NCBI GenBank assembly: GCA_963780685.1
Contig: CAWACZ010000004.1
Location: forward strand, 71,879-135,878
DNA length: 64,000 bases
Reading direction: 5' to 3'
Source: an uncultured Acidobacteriota bacterium
GTDB taxonomy: Bacteria > Acidobacteriota > Vicinamibacteria > Vicinamibacterales > CAVVIG01
Part shown: positions 48,144-58,340 of the stretch, one piece after another
How positions within the stretch are numbered: the first letter of the stretch is position 1
Layout of the letters: the number at the start of each line of letters is the position of its first letter
Notes under the pieces: model-generated
Seen by the model: only the letters and a program-made list of their open reading frames with translations
Database searches by the model: none
Told to the model about the DNA's origin: nothing
Position numbers and translations under genes: made by a program

Positions 48144-48893
48144 CTATTTCAATTCCGCTTTGGAAAAAAGCTCGAGCGTCTCCTGCTCGGATCGCGGCTG
48201 CACGATTCCGAGGGCGAAGTCCTGCGCCTGTGGGTAGGTCGTCGCTCTTATCCGCTCTGCTGTTGTGGCGAGATCGTAGGACGTCCGCCTCAACTCGACG
48301 GTGGGTCCAAGCAATGCCCAGAACGCACCCGGCGGCCCGAATGGCATGCCCACGCTCCCCGCGTTGACGACCCTCGTTCCTCCGACCATGCGATCGAACT
48401 GCATGTGGGTGTGGCCGCAGACCACGAGAGGAACGCCGAGGCCGTCGAAGATCGGCAGCAGACGATCCTCGGCAGTCAGGCGGGTGAAGACCTCGTTTTC
48501 GTCGCGCGGCGTCGCATGGCAAAAAAGCACCTCGCCGAGCCCGTCGATCTCGACCCGAACCGTCTTGGGCCAGCTGCTGAACACCTGTTGGTACTCGGGG
48601 ATCTGTTGCGCCTGCCAGCGCACGACTTCTCGAGCGTCGGCCGGAACGGTGCGGTACCAGTCGGGCTCCGTGCCTCCCATCTCCGCAAGGATCGCGATTT
48701 CGCAATTCCCCTGGATGAACTGGATTGGAACATCGAGACCGAGCAAACACGCGAGCGTCTCGCGCGACATCGGGCCGGGAACCACGTCGCCCCCGACCAC
48801 GATGTGGTCGACGTCTGCTCGACGAACGTCCTGCAGCACGGCTTCGAGCGCGGGCGGATTGCCGTGAATGTCGTAGAGTGCAGCGACGCGCAT
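48144..48893 (-). CDS. metallophosphoesterase family protein
   Basis: MRVAALYDIHGN, VVGGDVV, GNCE, CGHTHMQFD, NAGSVGMP motifs. Confidence 0.85.
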   Translation of the reverse strand: MRVAALYDIHGNPPALEAVLQDVRRADVDHIVVGGDVVPGPMSRETLACLLGLDVPIQFIQGNCEIAILAEMGGTEPDWYRTVPADAREVVRWQAQQIPEYQQVFSSWPKTVRVEIDGLGEVLFCHATPRDENEVFTRLTAEDRLLPIFDGLGVPLVVCGHTHMQFDRMVGGTRVVNAGSVGMPFGPPGAFWALLGPTVELRRTSYDLATTAERIRATTYPQAQDFALGIVQPRSEQETLELFSKAELK

Positions 48894-49027
48894 GGTAGCC
48901 TCAGTCTACTTCTGGATTGCGGGAAGGGGCCGCCGCGCGAGGGACGGATGAGTCAGCGTCGCGACATCCAGGGTACGATTCTCGCAGTCAACATCGGGCT
49001 CCGCGCTGGGATCTCGGAGGTGACCTC

Positions 49028-49538
49028 ATGCAACCGAGCCACGTCGTAAGCAACGAGCTACCCGGCAGTATTCTTGATGTCTTTTGGGCCACGATTGAGT
49101 TCCTGACCCTTCCGCCGGCGCAGGCGGACGAGGACCTGCGTCATCAGGGGGACGATTCCGCCCGGTGTCACAGTACCCCTGCACAGCCACCCAGATCCCG
49201 AGAGCTTCTTCGTGTTGTCGGGAACCGTTCAAACGCTGTTCGAGCACGGCGATCGGCTCGAGTGGGTCGACGTCAAGGCGGGCGATTTCATTCACGTCGC
49301 AGGCGGCGCAAAGCATGCCCATCGGAATGTGTCTGACGAGGTTGTCGTGGAGCTCATCATGACCACGCCGATGCTCGGGCGGTTCTTTCAGGAGATAGGC
49401 CGGCCTCGGACCGCCGGGGGCCCGCCCGCTCTACCAACGACCGACGACCTGCAACACCTCGAGCGCGTCGCCGCCAAATACCATCACTGGTTGGCCAGCG
49501 CTGCGGAGAACGCTGCCGTCGGAATCGAAGTTCCATGA
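49028..49538 (+). pseudogene. cupin domain protein, one frame change (~49138)
   Basis: MQPSHVVSNELPGSILDVFWATIEFLTLPPAQADEDL (track ORF 48917 frame) continues as VIRGTIPPGVTVPLHSHPDPESFFVLSGTVQ...GDFIHVAGGAKHAHRN (frame of ORF 49212). Confidence 0.7.
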
Positions 49539-49642
49539 CGTGAGATACCGTTCCAGAATTACACTGTCGGCTCCTGAACGACATGTGCACACGAGGTTCG
49601 ACTGCCGGCACCTGCGACACCATTCCAGATTGGGTGAAAAGC

Positions 49643-50053
49643 ATGATCACTCGAAGAGTTCTCCTCGGAAGCGCGGCCAGCCTGATTCTGCCTCCCCTCT
49701 TGGAGGCGCAGCGTCCCCAAACCGCTCCCAAGGTCGTGTTTCAACATGATGTGCCGGACCTGACGCTGAAGGGCTGGTCGGCGACGGCAGTGGAAGTCTC
49801 CTACGGACCCGGCGAAAGCTCACCAGCCCATCGGCATCCGGGCATCACGATCGCGTACGTCCTCGAAGGCGAGATCCGATCGAAGGTCGGCGACGAACCT
49901 GAAAGGACTTATACCGCCGGTCAAATGTTCCTGGAGACTCCAGGGCAATTGCACGCGGTCTCGGGAAACGCCAGCGCGACCCGGCCGGCCAAGTTGCTGG
50001 CGATTCTCCTCGCTGAAAAGGGACAATCACTCACGACGGCCGCTGGCCAGTGA
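49643..50053 (+). CDS. secreted cupin domain protein
   Basis: MITRRVLLGSAASLILPPLLEAQ signal. SPAHRHPGITIAYVLEGEI...GQLHAVSGNAS cupin motifs. Confidence 0.75.
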   Translation: MITRRVLLGSAASLILPPLLEAQRPQTAPKVVFQHDVPDLTLKGWSATAVEVSYGPGESSPAHRHPGITIAYVLEGEIRSKVGDEPERTYTAGQMFLETPGQLHAVSGNASATRPAKLLAILLAEKGQSLTTAAGQ

Positions 50054-50145
50054 TCGACGGAGGAGGCAGCCGGTGACGTCACGAGTTCTGCTTCTGGTCG
50101 CACTCTGGAGCGTTCCAGTGCTGGCGGCCGATCGAGTGTGGGACC

Positions 50146-50607
50146 ATGTACGCAAAGCAGGTCGATCTGCTCGAGCACGATATCGTGAGCCTGGCGCAAG
50201 CCGTGCCGGAAGCCCAGTACGACTTCCGTCCGACCAACGGAACCTTTGACGGCGTGCGGACATTCGGAGAGCAGGTCAAACATGTCGCGACGATGATTTA
50301 CATGACGGCGGCGATCGTGTTGGAGGAACGGTCGCCCTACGGTCCTGGCCGGAACGACAACGGGCCCGACTCGATTCAGGGAAAAGAACAGATTGTCGAG
50401 TACCTCCAGAGCTCGATCGCGTATGCCCGGAAGGCCATGGCCTCGCTGAACGAGACAAATCAACTGGATCTGCTCAACACGTACTTTGGCCCTCAGACCC
50501 GCGTCGCGGTGGCCGCCGGCGTTGCGTATCACAGCTACAACCACTACGGCCAGATGGTCGTCTACGCGCGAATGAACGGCGTCGTACCTCCGGCGAGCCG
50601 ACGTTAG
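50146..50607 (+). CDS. DinB-like protein
   Basis: LAQAVPEAQYDFRP...FGEQVKHVA...AYHSYNHYGQMVVYARMNG. A signal-like VTSRVLLLVALWSVPVLAA in another frame at 50073 hints at one more frame change at the 5-prime end. Confidence 0.7.
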   Translation: MYAKQVDLLEHDIVSLAQAVPEAQYDFRPTNGTFDGVRTFGEQVKHVATMIYMTAAIVLEERSPYGPGRNDNGPDSIQGKEQIVEYLQSSIAYARKAMASLNETNQLDLLNTYFGPQTRVAVAAGVAYHSYNHYGQMVVYARMNGVVPPASRR

Positions 50608-50978
50608 CCCCCTACCTCGCCAGGTGCCACGCGACGAGCAGAAAGGCCAGCGGCCCCGCGCATGCCATCGCAATGAGCTCGAACACCATTTGATTCACTC
50701 CGATTGGTGAAGCGGACGCCCGTCCGCGGTCTGCCAATACGCTGAGTCCGCGCTCCGATCAGCCTGAATCCTCAAGCGTGGCGCCTTCCACTTGTGTTGA
50801 TGATGTCGTGGTCAGTGGTATCTCTCTACCACGCCCTGAGGAATGAGCAGGAACGATTGGTCTCATCGGTACGTGGTCGGGCTCGGTCGCGTGAGGCAAA
50901 GCCGCGCGATTCGACCGGCGCGAGTTTTGCTCGATGGGACAACCTGGACCACGAAAATGCTCCAGATTGGAGAACGCC

Positions 50979-51626
50979 ATGAATCATCCGAAGCCGTGGT
51001 TGAGATACATCACCGGAGACAAGATCAGCGACCGGACGTTGCCTCTTGATGGGATGAAGGTCCGCAACGACGCGCACGAAAAACTCGGCAGCGTCGATGG
51101 CCTCGTCGTCGATTCCGAGTCCGGCCGGCCGTATTACGTCGTGGTCGATGCCGGTGGCTGGTTCAAGTCGAAGCAGTTTCTTGTACCGATTGGCCAGGTT
51201 CATCTTGACAGCGATAAGGACTCGCTCTTGGTTTCCCTTTCGAAAGAGCAAATCAACCGGTTCCCCGGTTTTGACAGCGGCGAGTTCGACGCGTTGACGG
51301 ACGAAGATATCAAGCGGATCAACGATCAGATTTGCCAAGTCTACGAGCCGGATGTGACGTACTCGACGGACGAACCTTACCGAGCGGCATGGGCGCGGGC
51401 GCAATACGCCACACCTGCCTGGTGGAGCGAGCGGCCGTTGTCTGACGAAGACGAGACCAGACAGGATGGCGGCGACTCCAGCCCGCACTTCGAGGGACGA
51501 GCTCAGCCGGGAGATGTGCTGGGCCTCGAGACCGGCGGCGAGACAACGTCGATTGGCGACACCAGCAAGGACGAGGACGAGCGGCGGCGCGACATCGAAG
51601 AAGCGGTCGCGAAGGGGAATCGGTGA
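50979..51626 (+). CDS. PRC-barrel domain protein with acidic C-terminal tail
   Basis: GGAGAA RBS. VRNDAHEKLGSVDGLVVDSESGRPYYVVVDAGGWFKSKQFLVPIGQVHLD. Confidence 0.75.
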   Translation: MNHPKPWLRYITGDKISDRTLPLDGMKVRNDAHEKLGSVDGLVVDSESGRPYYVVVDAGGWFKSKQFLVPIGQVHLDSDKDSLLVSLSKEQINRFPGFDSGEFDALTDEDIKRINDQICQVYEPDVTYSTDEPYRAAWARAQYATPAWWSERPLSDEDETRQDGGDSSPHFEGRAQPGDVLGLETGGETTSIGDTSKDEDERRRDIEEAVAKGNR

Positions 51627-51764
51627 GGGATCGGCGCTGCCGCCCAACGGCAGAGCGAGACGAGCTCATCCGAAGAATGATCGCATCTCTTCGCAGCGTG
51701 GGAGGCGGATGGGCCTGCCGGCACTCCAGCTTCCAGTGGACTTCCATTTGCAATCACTCGGAGC

Positions 51765-53351
51765 ATGTCCAAGGTCGACCCGACACCCATCTGGGACGAA
51801 ACCGATCTGCCGAGCTTTCCTCCGCTGTCTCACGATGTCTCCGTGGATGTCGTCGTCATCGGCGCCGGTCTCACCGGCATCACCGCGGCATGGCTGCTGA
51901 AGCGCGAGGGGTGCCGCGTTGCCTTGCTCGAACGGCGGCTGGTCGGTGGCATCGATACCGCCTGCACCAGTGCGCACCTTACTGCCGTCCTCGACACGGA
52001 TCTCACGCTGCTCGCGTCGACATTCGGCCGCGATCGGGCGCTGGCGGTCTGGGATGCGGGCTTCGCCGCAATCGATCAGATCGAGGCGGCGATTCGGGAA
52101 TGTGAAATCGATTGCGCGTTCCACCGCGTACCCGGTTACCACCATGTCGCGTGCGACACACCTGAGGATGTTGTCACAAGCCATGCTGAGCGCCTTCGTG
52201 CGGAGGCCGTTCTGGCCTGCGAGCTCGGATTCGACGTGCAGATGGTGCGCTCGATACCGTTCATGGAGCGACCCGGGTGGAAGATCGAAGACCAGGCGAT
52301 TTTCAATCCACGCGCGTATTTGAGGGGACTTCTCCAGCGCATCCCCGGCGACGGCAGCATCGTCTGCGAGCACAGCCAGGTGTCGTTCGACGATGACCCT
52401 GGGCGGGTGTGTTGTGGCGCCTATTCCGTGCGGGCCCCGCATGTCTTCGTGGCGACTCACAATCCGCTCGCCGGCCGCCAGGGCACGATTTCGGCGGCGT
52501 TCCTCCAGACGAAGCTCGCGCTTTATACGAGTTGCGTCCTCGCGGCCCGGGTGAAGAAGACGGCCGACATCGAGCCGGCACTTTTCTGGGACACCTCGAC
52601 GGCATACCGCTACGTTCGCGCGGACAACGACGGGTCGGGCGTCCGGCTGATCGCCGGCGGCGAAGACTACAAGACGGGACAGGAATCCGATACTCGAAAG
52701 CCCTTCACTGCCTTGGAGCGCTGGTTTCTGAAGCTCGCTCCGGCCGCCGAGATCACCAATCAGTGGTCCGGACAGGTCATCGAGACTCCCGACGGCCTTC
52801 CGTTCATCGGCGATGTGGGATCGAATCAGTACATCGCGACCGGATTCGGCGGCAATGGGATGACGTTCGGTACCCTGGCCGCACTGATCGTGCGCGACGC
52901 CATCACGGGTTCGGCACCAAACCAGTGGGCGGAGCTGTTCGACGTTCATCGGTCGGCGATCGCAGGTGGACCCGTCGACTACCTGCGCGAGAACGCCGAC
53001 TATCCCTACTACTTCGTGCGGAATCGTTTTGGCGGCGCCGTCAGCCGGCACCTGCGGGCCATCCAGCGCGGCCACGGCCGGCTGGTCGACTTGCAGGGGC
53101 AGGTCGTCGCGGCCAGCCGGGACGATCAAGGACGCCTGACACTGCTTTCGCCAGTCTGCCCCCATCTCGGCTGCCGCGTGAACTGGAATCAGGCTGAAGG
53201 CACCTGGGATTGTCCCTGTCATGGCTCGCGCTTCACCGCGACAGGCGAAGTGCTTGCCGGACCTGCCGAGCGCAACCTCGAGCGGGTCGAGGTGGCTGAA
53301 CCTCCGTCAGGGCGCACTACCAGGCCCAAAGCCGTGTCCTCCCGATCGTGA
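51765..53351 (+). CDS. FAD-dependent oxidoreductase fused to a C-terminal Rieske [2Fe-2S] domain
   Basis: DVVVIGAGLTGITAAWLLKREGCRVALLE dinucleotide fold. CPHLGCRVNWNQAEGTWDCPCHGSRF Rieske motif. 528 aa intact. Confidence 0.85.
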   Translation: MSKVDPTPIWDETDLPSFPPLSHDVSVDVVVIGAGLTGITAAWLLKREGCRVALLERRLVGGIDTACTSAHLTAVLDTDLTLLASTFGRDRALAVWDAGFAAIDQIEAAIRECEIDCAFHRVPGYHHVACDTPEDVVTSHAERLRAEAVLACELGFDVQMVRSIPFMERPGWKIEDQAIFNPRAYLRGLLQRIPGDGSIVCEHSQVSFDDDPGRVCCGAYSVRAPHVFVATHNPLAGRQGTISAAFLQTKLALYTSCVLAARVKKTADIEPALFWDTSTAYRYVRADNDGSGVRLIAGGEDYKTGQESDTRKPFTALERWFLKLAPAAEITNQWSGQVIETPDGLPFIGDVGSNQYIATGFGGNGMTFGTLAALIVRDAITGSAPNQWAELFDVHRSAIAGGPVDYLRENADYPYYFVRNRFGGAVSRHLRAIQRGHGRLVDLQGQVVAASRDDQGRLTLLSPVCPHLGCRVNWNQAEGTWDCPCHGSRFTATGEVLAGPAERNLERVEVAEPPSGRTTRPKAVSSRS

Positions 53352-54160
53352 ACGAAGCCATCTATCAGCACCCGGCCGACTACGACCTTGAACACGAGGG
53401 CGACGAGCGCGACATTCACTTTTATCGTCGGCTGATCGCGCGGCTGCTTCCCGAAAGTGTTCTCGAATTCGCGTGCGGGAGCGGCCGCGTTACGCTCCCA
53501 CTGGCGGCGGAGCTTGGCGAGAACGATGGTCACATCGTCGGCGTCGAGTTGAACGAGCAAATGCTGGAGCAGGGCCGGTGCAAGCTCGGGGAAAGCAGCC
53601 CCAGCCTGTCAGGGCGCGTGCGACTCGAACACGGCGACATGCGACGATGGCGATCGCCCGATCGGTTCGATCTCGTTCTCATCACGTGTTCATCAATTAC
53701 GCACCTCCTGACGCTCGAGGACCAACTTGCGGTGTGGCGCAATGCGTTCGGCCATCTCAGGCCCGGCGGCCGCTTCGTCATCGATGTCACCATGCCGGAT
53801 CTCGGCGCGTGCGTCGAATCGCTGCGCACCCCGCCGCGAGCGCTGACCGAGATCGACCTCGACCAGAAGGATCAGATCGCCGACATGCGCTTGATTCGCC
53901 AGAAAACGACTCGCGTCGACATGCTCGAGCAGCGCGCCGACATTCAATTTCTCTATGACAAATTCGAGCACGGCGAGCACGTGAGCCGATACGTGAGCGA
54001 CTTTACGAGCCACATCTACTTTCCGCGCGAACTGACGCTCCTCTATCTCTACACAGGGTTCAATCTCGAAGCCGTGTGGGCCGACTATTCATTTCGGCCA
54101 GCGTCGGCCCAGGCCAGAGAAATCGTGATGATGGGGATGAAGCGCCAAGCTCTTCCTTGA
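53348..54160 (+). CDS. class I SAM-dependent methyltransferase
   Basis: VLEFACGSGRVTLPLA...VGVELN...FDLVLITCSSITHL...LRPGGRFVIDV. GTG overlaps the upstream stop (GTGA). Confidence 0.8.
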   Translation: MNEAIYQHPADYDLEHEGDERDIHFYRRLIARLLPESVLEFACGSGRVTLPLAAELGENDGHIVGVELNEQMLEQGRCKLGESSPSLSGRVRLEHGDMRRWRSPDRFDLVLITCSSITHLLTLEDQLAVWRNAFGHLRPGGRFVIDVTMPDLGACVESLRTPPRALTEIDLDQKDQIADMRLIRQKTTRVDMLEQRADIQFLYDKFEHGEHVSRYVSDFTSHIYFPRELTLLYLYTGFNLEAVWADYSFRPASAQAREIVMMGMKRQALP

Positions 54161-54317
54161 GCCGTTCGAAGTGTTCACCGTTCACCGTCGTCGCCTGACG
54201 CACGACGTCGAGTGGGCCCGTCACGGCTGCACACGTTCAACCTAAGGCGATGCTTGTACTTAACGTCGCGCGCCGTATGAGACGGGTACTGGACGGGTCC
54301 TTGCACCTCGCACGCGG

Positions 54318-55034
54318 ATGAGCGCCAGACACGAAGACCCGTCGAGCTTGGCTTACCGAACCGTCATCTTCGACATTGATGGAACGCTCGTCGATAGCAA
54401 CAACGCACATGCCCTTGCGTGGGTGAAGGCGCTACGCGAGCATGGGTTCGTGGTCGATTTCGCGCAGGTTCGTTGGCTGATCGGAATGGGCGGCGATAAG
54501 CTGCTGCCCAGGCTCACCGATCTCGACAGCGAATCCGACGAAGGTCGAGCGATCGCAGACCGGCGTCGTTCGATTTTCATGAGCGAGTACCTGCCCAAGT
54601 TGCAACCGACTCGAGGCGCCCGATCGCTCGTCCAACGCCTTCATGACGAAGGGTTGACGCTGGTCGTGGCCACGTCGGCAGACCGGGAGGAAGTAGATGG
54701 CCTCCTGGCGTTGGCTGGGATCTCGCGTCTCTTCCATCGAGCCGCTTCCTCGGACGATGCCGAGCGTTCCAAGCCGGATCCGGACATCGTCCGCGCCGCC
54801 CTTCGGCAGTCTGGATCGGCTCCTGGCGAGGCGATCATGATCGGCGACACGCCCTACGACGTAGAGGCCGCAACCGCGGCAGGCATCAACGTGATTGCGC
54901 TCCGGTCGGGTGGATGGTGGGTCGACCAAGCGTTGTCGGGGGCGATCGCCATTTACGATGACCCGTCCGATCTGCTGGCCCGACTTGCCAGTTCTCCATT
55001 CAATCCGGTGCACCTCGTGTCACCGGGCCGATGA
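54318..55034 (+). CDS. HAD-IA family hydrolase (phosphatase-like)
   Basis: VIFDIDGTLVDSNNAH, VVATSA, KPDPD, IGDTPYDVEAA motifs. Confidence 0.85.
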   Translation: MSARHEDPSSLAYRTVIFDIDGTLVDSNNAHALAWVKALREHGFVVDFAQVRWLIGMGGDKLLPRLTDLDSESDEGRAIADRRRSIFMSEYLPKLQPTRGARSLVQRLHDEGLTLVVATSADREEVDGLLALAGISRLFHRAASSDDAERSKPDPDIVRAALRQSGSAPGEAIMIGDTPYDVEAATAAGINVIALRSGGWWVDQALSGAIAIYDDPSDLLARLASSPFNPVHLVSPGR

Positions 55035-55104
55035 CTCAGAGACCGTCCCCAATGTCGAGCTGATCTCAACCACGACGAACTGGTTCAGCGCACTCTTCTT
55101 CACT

Positions 55105-55413
55105 TCATCTCAGGGGCGGCGGATCGCTCGCAGGAAACGAGTTCTCCACGACGTCGTCCCAGGCGGATTCGCGGCGGTTGCTCTCGACCCGCTGGCGACA
55201 ACCCTGAAGGAACATGCCGAGCGCGGCCGTCAGACCGAAGCCAGTCAGCCAATGCCTGTGCCTTCTGGGCGTGCGCAGCGCCATGCGCGCAATAAGCGCT
55301 CCCACCGTAATGATTGTCGCCGGCCACCATAGCTCGGACGAGGGTCGATTTTGACGTGGCACCCACACGGACGGGCCTCGTGGGGGCGTCAAGTTCAACG
55401 GTTCGTTCGTCAT
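55105..55413 (-). CDS. small membrane protein with C-terminal SFPASDPP motif, unknown function
   Basis: GGAGGA 5 nt before the ATG at 55413. WWPATIITVGALIARMAL and WLTGFGLTAALGMFL hydrophobic segments. Ends ...DDVVENSFPASDPPPLR. Confidence 0.5.
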   Translation of the reverse strand: MTNEPLNLTPPRGPSVWVPRQNRPSSELWWPATIITVGALIARMALRTPRRHRHWLTGFGLTAALGMFLQGCRQRVESNRRESAWDDVVENSFPASDPPPLR

Positions 55414-55559
55414 GCTTTCCTCCATTCGCAAGGGTCCCGGCTTCGGGTGTTGCAAGACCGATACCTCGACGGCTCACGTCCACGAGCGTCAATCTCGGGA
55501 ATCACCGAATTTTGAAGTGCAGAGCGGAAATCACGCGGCGAATTCAAATTGATTGGTTG

Positions 55560-57245
55560 TAGCCACTACAGCGGTTTTCACAAAGGCGTAGCGGGTCCGG
55601 GGCCGCCGCGCCGCTACGGGTGGCCACGGCCGACGCCCGCCGCACGCATGCGCGCCAGGCCGCGGTGGTGCCGGCCGCCCGCCGCCGTCGGAGCACGCCG
55701 ACCTCATGAAGGCCGGAAGGCGCGCGAGGCGATGGTTCCGCGTCGACTCTGGACCGCGTGATCCGTGCCCTGGGGATCAGCTGTGCCGGTGCATGCCACG
55801 CACGCGACCGTCGCGGAAGCTAGCCGTAGTCGACGCGCGGGCGGGAGGGTGCGCAAGCCGAGCGCGGCTTCCCGGCGTGCGGAGTTCGGCGGCAGGCGGT
55901 CACCGTGGCCGCGCTGGATCTGCGGGCCTTCTACGCGCCCTACGAGGGCGATGGCCGGCGGAATCAACCGTTCGATCCGCAGATGATGGTGACGGTGCTG
56001 TTGTACGCGTATGCGCACCGGACGTTTCGTCGCCGGATCGCCGGAAGTGCGAGAAGATGTCGCCAAGCGCGTGGCGGCGGGCAATTTTCCCGCGCACCGG
56101 ACGATCGCGGAGTTTCGGCAGCAGCACCTGGCCGCCTTTGAGGCGCTGTTCGTGCAGGTCGTGGCGATCGCGCGCGAAGCGGGCGTCGTGCAGCTCGGCG
56201 CACTGGCGGTGGATGGATCGAAGGTGAAGGCGAACGCGAGCAAGCACAAGGCGATGAGTTACGGACGGATGCGCGACGAAGCAGCGGCGGCTGCGTGAGC
56301 AGATCGCCGCGCTGACGACGAAGGCCGACGCCAGTCGATGCGGCGGAGGATGCGGCGCACGGGGCCGGACGTCCGGGGCGATGAGCTGCCCGGCCGAACT
56401 GAGCGGCGGAACCGCGGCTCGCGGACATCGTCGCGGCGAACGCGCGGCTCGAAGCCCGGCAAGCGGCTGAGGATCGCGCAGAAGGGCCGCACGCCCGGAT
56501 GATGGCGCGCAAGATGTCGCGGGACGAACCCCTTCGCGCGCGATTTCGGCGTGCCGCCCGACGACGCGCAGGACAACTTCACGGATCCCGAGAGTCGGAT
56601 CATGAAGACGTCAGGCGGCTTCGACCAGTGCTACAACGGCCGGATCGCCGTCGATGAAGCCTCGCAGCTGATCGTCGCCGCGGGCCTGACCAACTGTGCT
56701 GCGGATAATGCCGAACTCCTGCCGCTGATCGATCAGCGTCCAGACGACGCTGGGCGAGCACGCCGCCGCGAAGTGCTCGCCGATGCGGGCTATCGCGGCG
56801 AGGCGACATTTCAGACGCTCGAGTCGCGTGGCATCACGGCCTACATTTCGATCGGACATGAAACGCGACCCGCCAAGCCGCCGAATCCGGCTCAGATCGC
56901 GACCGAGCGCATGGCCGCGCGACTCACGAGTGAGATGGGACGGGCGCGCTACCGGCGCCGAAAAGCCATTGTCGAGCCCGTCATCGGATGGATCAAGGAA
57001 GCCCGCGGCTTCCGGCGCTTCCGTCTCCGCGGGGCGGCGAAGGCGCGCGGCGAGTGGAACTCGGGTGTGCCTCGCCGTGAACCTGAAGCGCTGACATCGA
57101 ATCGAGATGGCGTGACACGAGACGAGCCGAATGGCGGCGGCTCGGCGACGCGGTATCCACCGCGACCGACCCGGCATCGGGCGCAGAGCGTGCGAACGCG
57201 ACACGCGTTTTGCCGCGCGCGCTCCTAGCGACGGAGATTGATAGC
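55560..57245 (+). mobile_element. decayed IS element (DDE transposase with DUF772-type N-terminus, IS1182/IS5-like); ends not confidently defined
   Basis: Transposase-like segments scattered over all three + frames. Only a weak terminal similarity was found (gtagcca...aaggcgtagc near 55560-55595 versus the reverse complement of 57244-57262). Confidence 0.6.
55700..57100 (+). pseudogene. IS1182/IS5-like transposase, >=5 frame changes
   Basis: LDLRAFYAPYEGDGRRNQPFDPQMMVTVLLYAYA, EDVAKRVAAGNFPAHRTIAEFRQQHLAAFEALFVQVVAIAREAGVVQLGALAVDGSKVKANASKHKAMSYGRM, DNFTDPESRIMKTSGGFDQCYNGRIAVDEASQLIVAAGLT, LADAGYRGEATFQTLESRGITAYISIG, RYRRRKAIVEPVIGWIKEARGFRRFRLRG, VCLAVNLKR. Family assignment is from memory. 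Confidence 0.7.
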
Positions 57246-57258
57246 TACGGCCTTTTGG

Positions 57259-57897
57259 CTACTGCGTACTGAGCGTGCTGAAGTACCTATTCGCTGTTGC
57301 CACGGCCGTGTCCGCCTGCGCGAAGAGGGTCGCGCCCCGTCCGTTCAACTTGTCGGCCTGCGGTTTCAGCGACGCAGCGGACGAGGGGTTGAGCTCTTGA
57401 CCGAGGAATGTTATTTGGTCTGAAAGGTCTTTGGAAAATGGTGCAAGGGCGTCACCGCCCTGTCTGAGCGCCACCTTCACCTGCTCGAACTCCTTCTGGT
57501 TCTGGTCGAGTCTCGTCTTGGCCTTATCGCGCAATGCGACATCCTGGATCTGGCCGAGGGCTGCGGAGCGTGACGTGAAATAGACGGCGGCTTGCTTGTC
57601 CATCTCCGCAATCTTTTTGCGCGCGTCGGCCACCTGGTTGTTCATGCCTTTCTGAGCGCTCAGCAGCTTCTTGTATTCGCCCTTCATGTCCTTCGAGTCG
57701 CCTAGCACCAGCGCGTTGTACGTATCGAGTGCGTTCTTGGTCTTGAGCTGTGCCTCGCCGATCGACTGTGAAGTCGCGCTGCCGGTCTTGATGAATCGCT
57801 CCGTTTCCTTGATGCCCTCGGTCGATTGCGCGCCTGCCCACGTCGTGGCCGAGAAACCGAGGACGGCAAACGCAAGAAGTCTCATGGTGGTTTTCAT
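57259..57897 (-). CDS. secreted/lipoprotein-like coiled-coil protein (tentatively DUF2959-like); visibly lower GC than its neighbours
   Basis: GAGGAG RBS. MKTTMRLLAFAVLGFSATTWAGAQ signal, then K/Q/A/D-rich helical sequence (KKLLSAQKGMNNQVADARKKIAEMDKQAAVYF...). Confidence 0.6.
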   Translation of the reverse strand: MKTTMRLLAFAVLGFSATTWAGAQSTEGIKETERFIKTGSATSQSIGEAQLKTKNALDTYNALVLGDSKDMKGEYKKLLSAQKGMNNQVADARKKIAEMDKQAAVYFTSRSAALGQIQDVALRDKAKTRLDQNQKEFEQVKVALRQGGDALAPFSKDLSDQITFLGQELNPSSAASLKPQADKLNGRGATLFAQADTAVATANRYFSTLSTQ

Positions 57898-58340
57898 GGT
57901 GCACGGTCTCCTCTTTTGTTCCAGTTTATGAATCGGGAGTGAGTCCATTCGTCCTGTGGTTCATCCTGGGCCGCTGATTCCGCGACCTTCAGCTCAGGTG
58001 TCAGCCTCCACTAGCTGGCGGGTGGTCTACTGCGGAGTCGGAATCAACAGGGCCGCAACGCGTCGGCGGTCGCCTGTTCACCCGCAATTTAGTCAACCGT
58101 GACTGTCAGACGGATCACGCGCGCGTGGAGCAATCCTCGTACCATCGCCATAGCTCGAAGCTCGATCGCCCTAACTGGCTGAGCTAAATCGGCAACGTGA
58201 CGTCTCGGGACAGCAGACGATCCTCGACGAGAGGTGGCAGCGGCGTACTATCAGACAACGGCTCGGTGAGAATTACCGACTACGACAGCGCAATCGTCTT
58301 CACGTTCGCGCCTGACCGGCGACGCGACGCCCTGGCATTT

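Noticed and set aside
55558-55595. Confident terminal inverted repeats and target duplication for the IS element
   Set aside because: Only a short, gapped similarity to 57244..57262 was found and no direct repeats, so the ends are left approximate.
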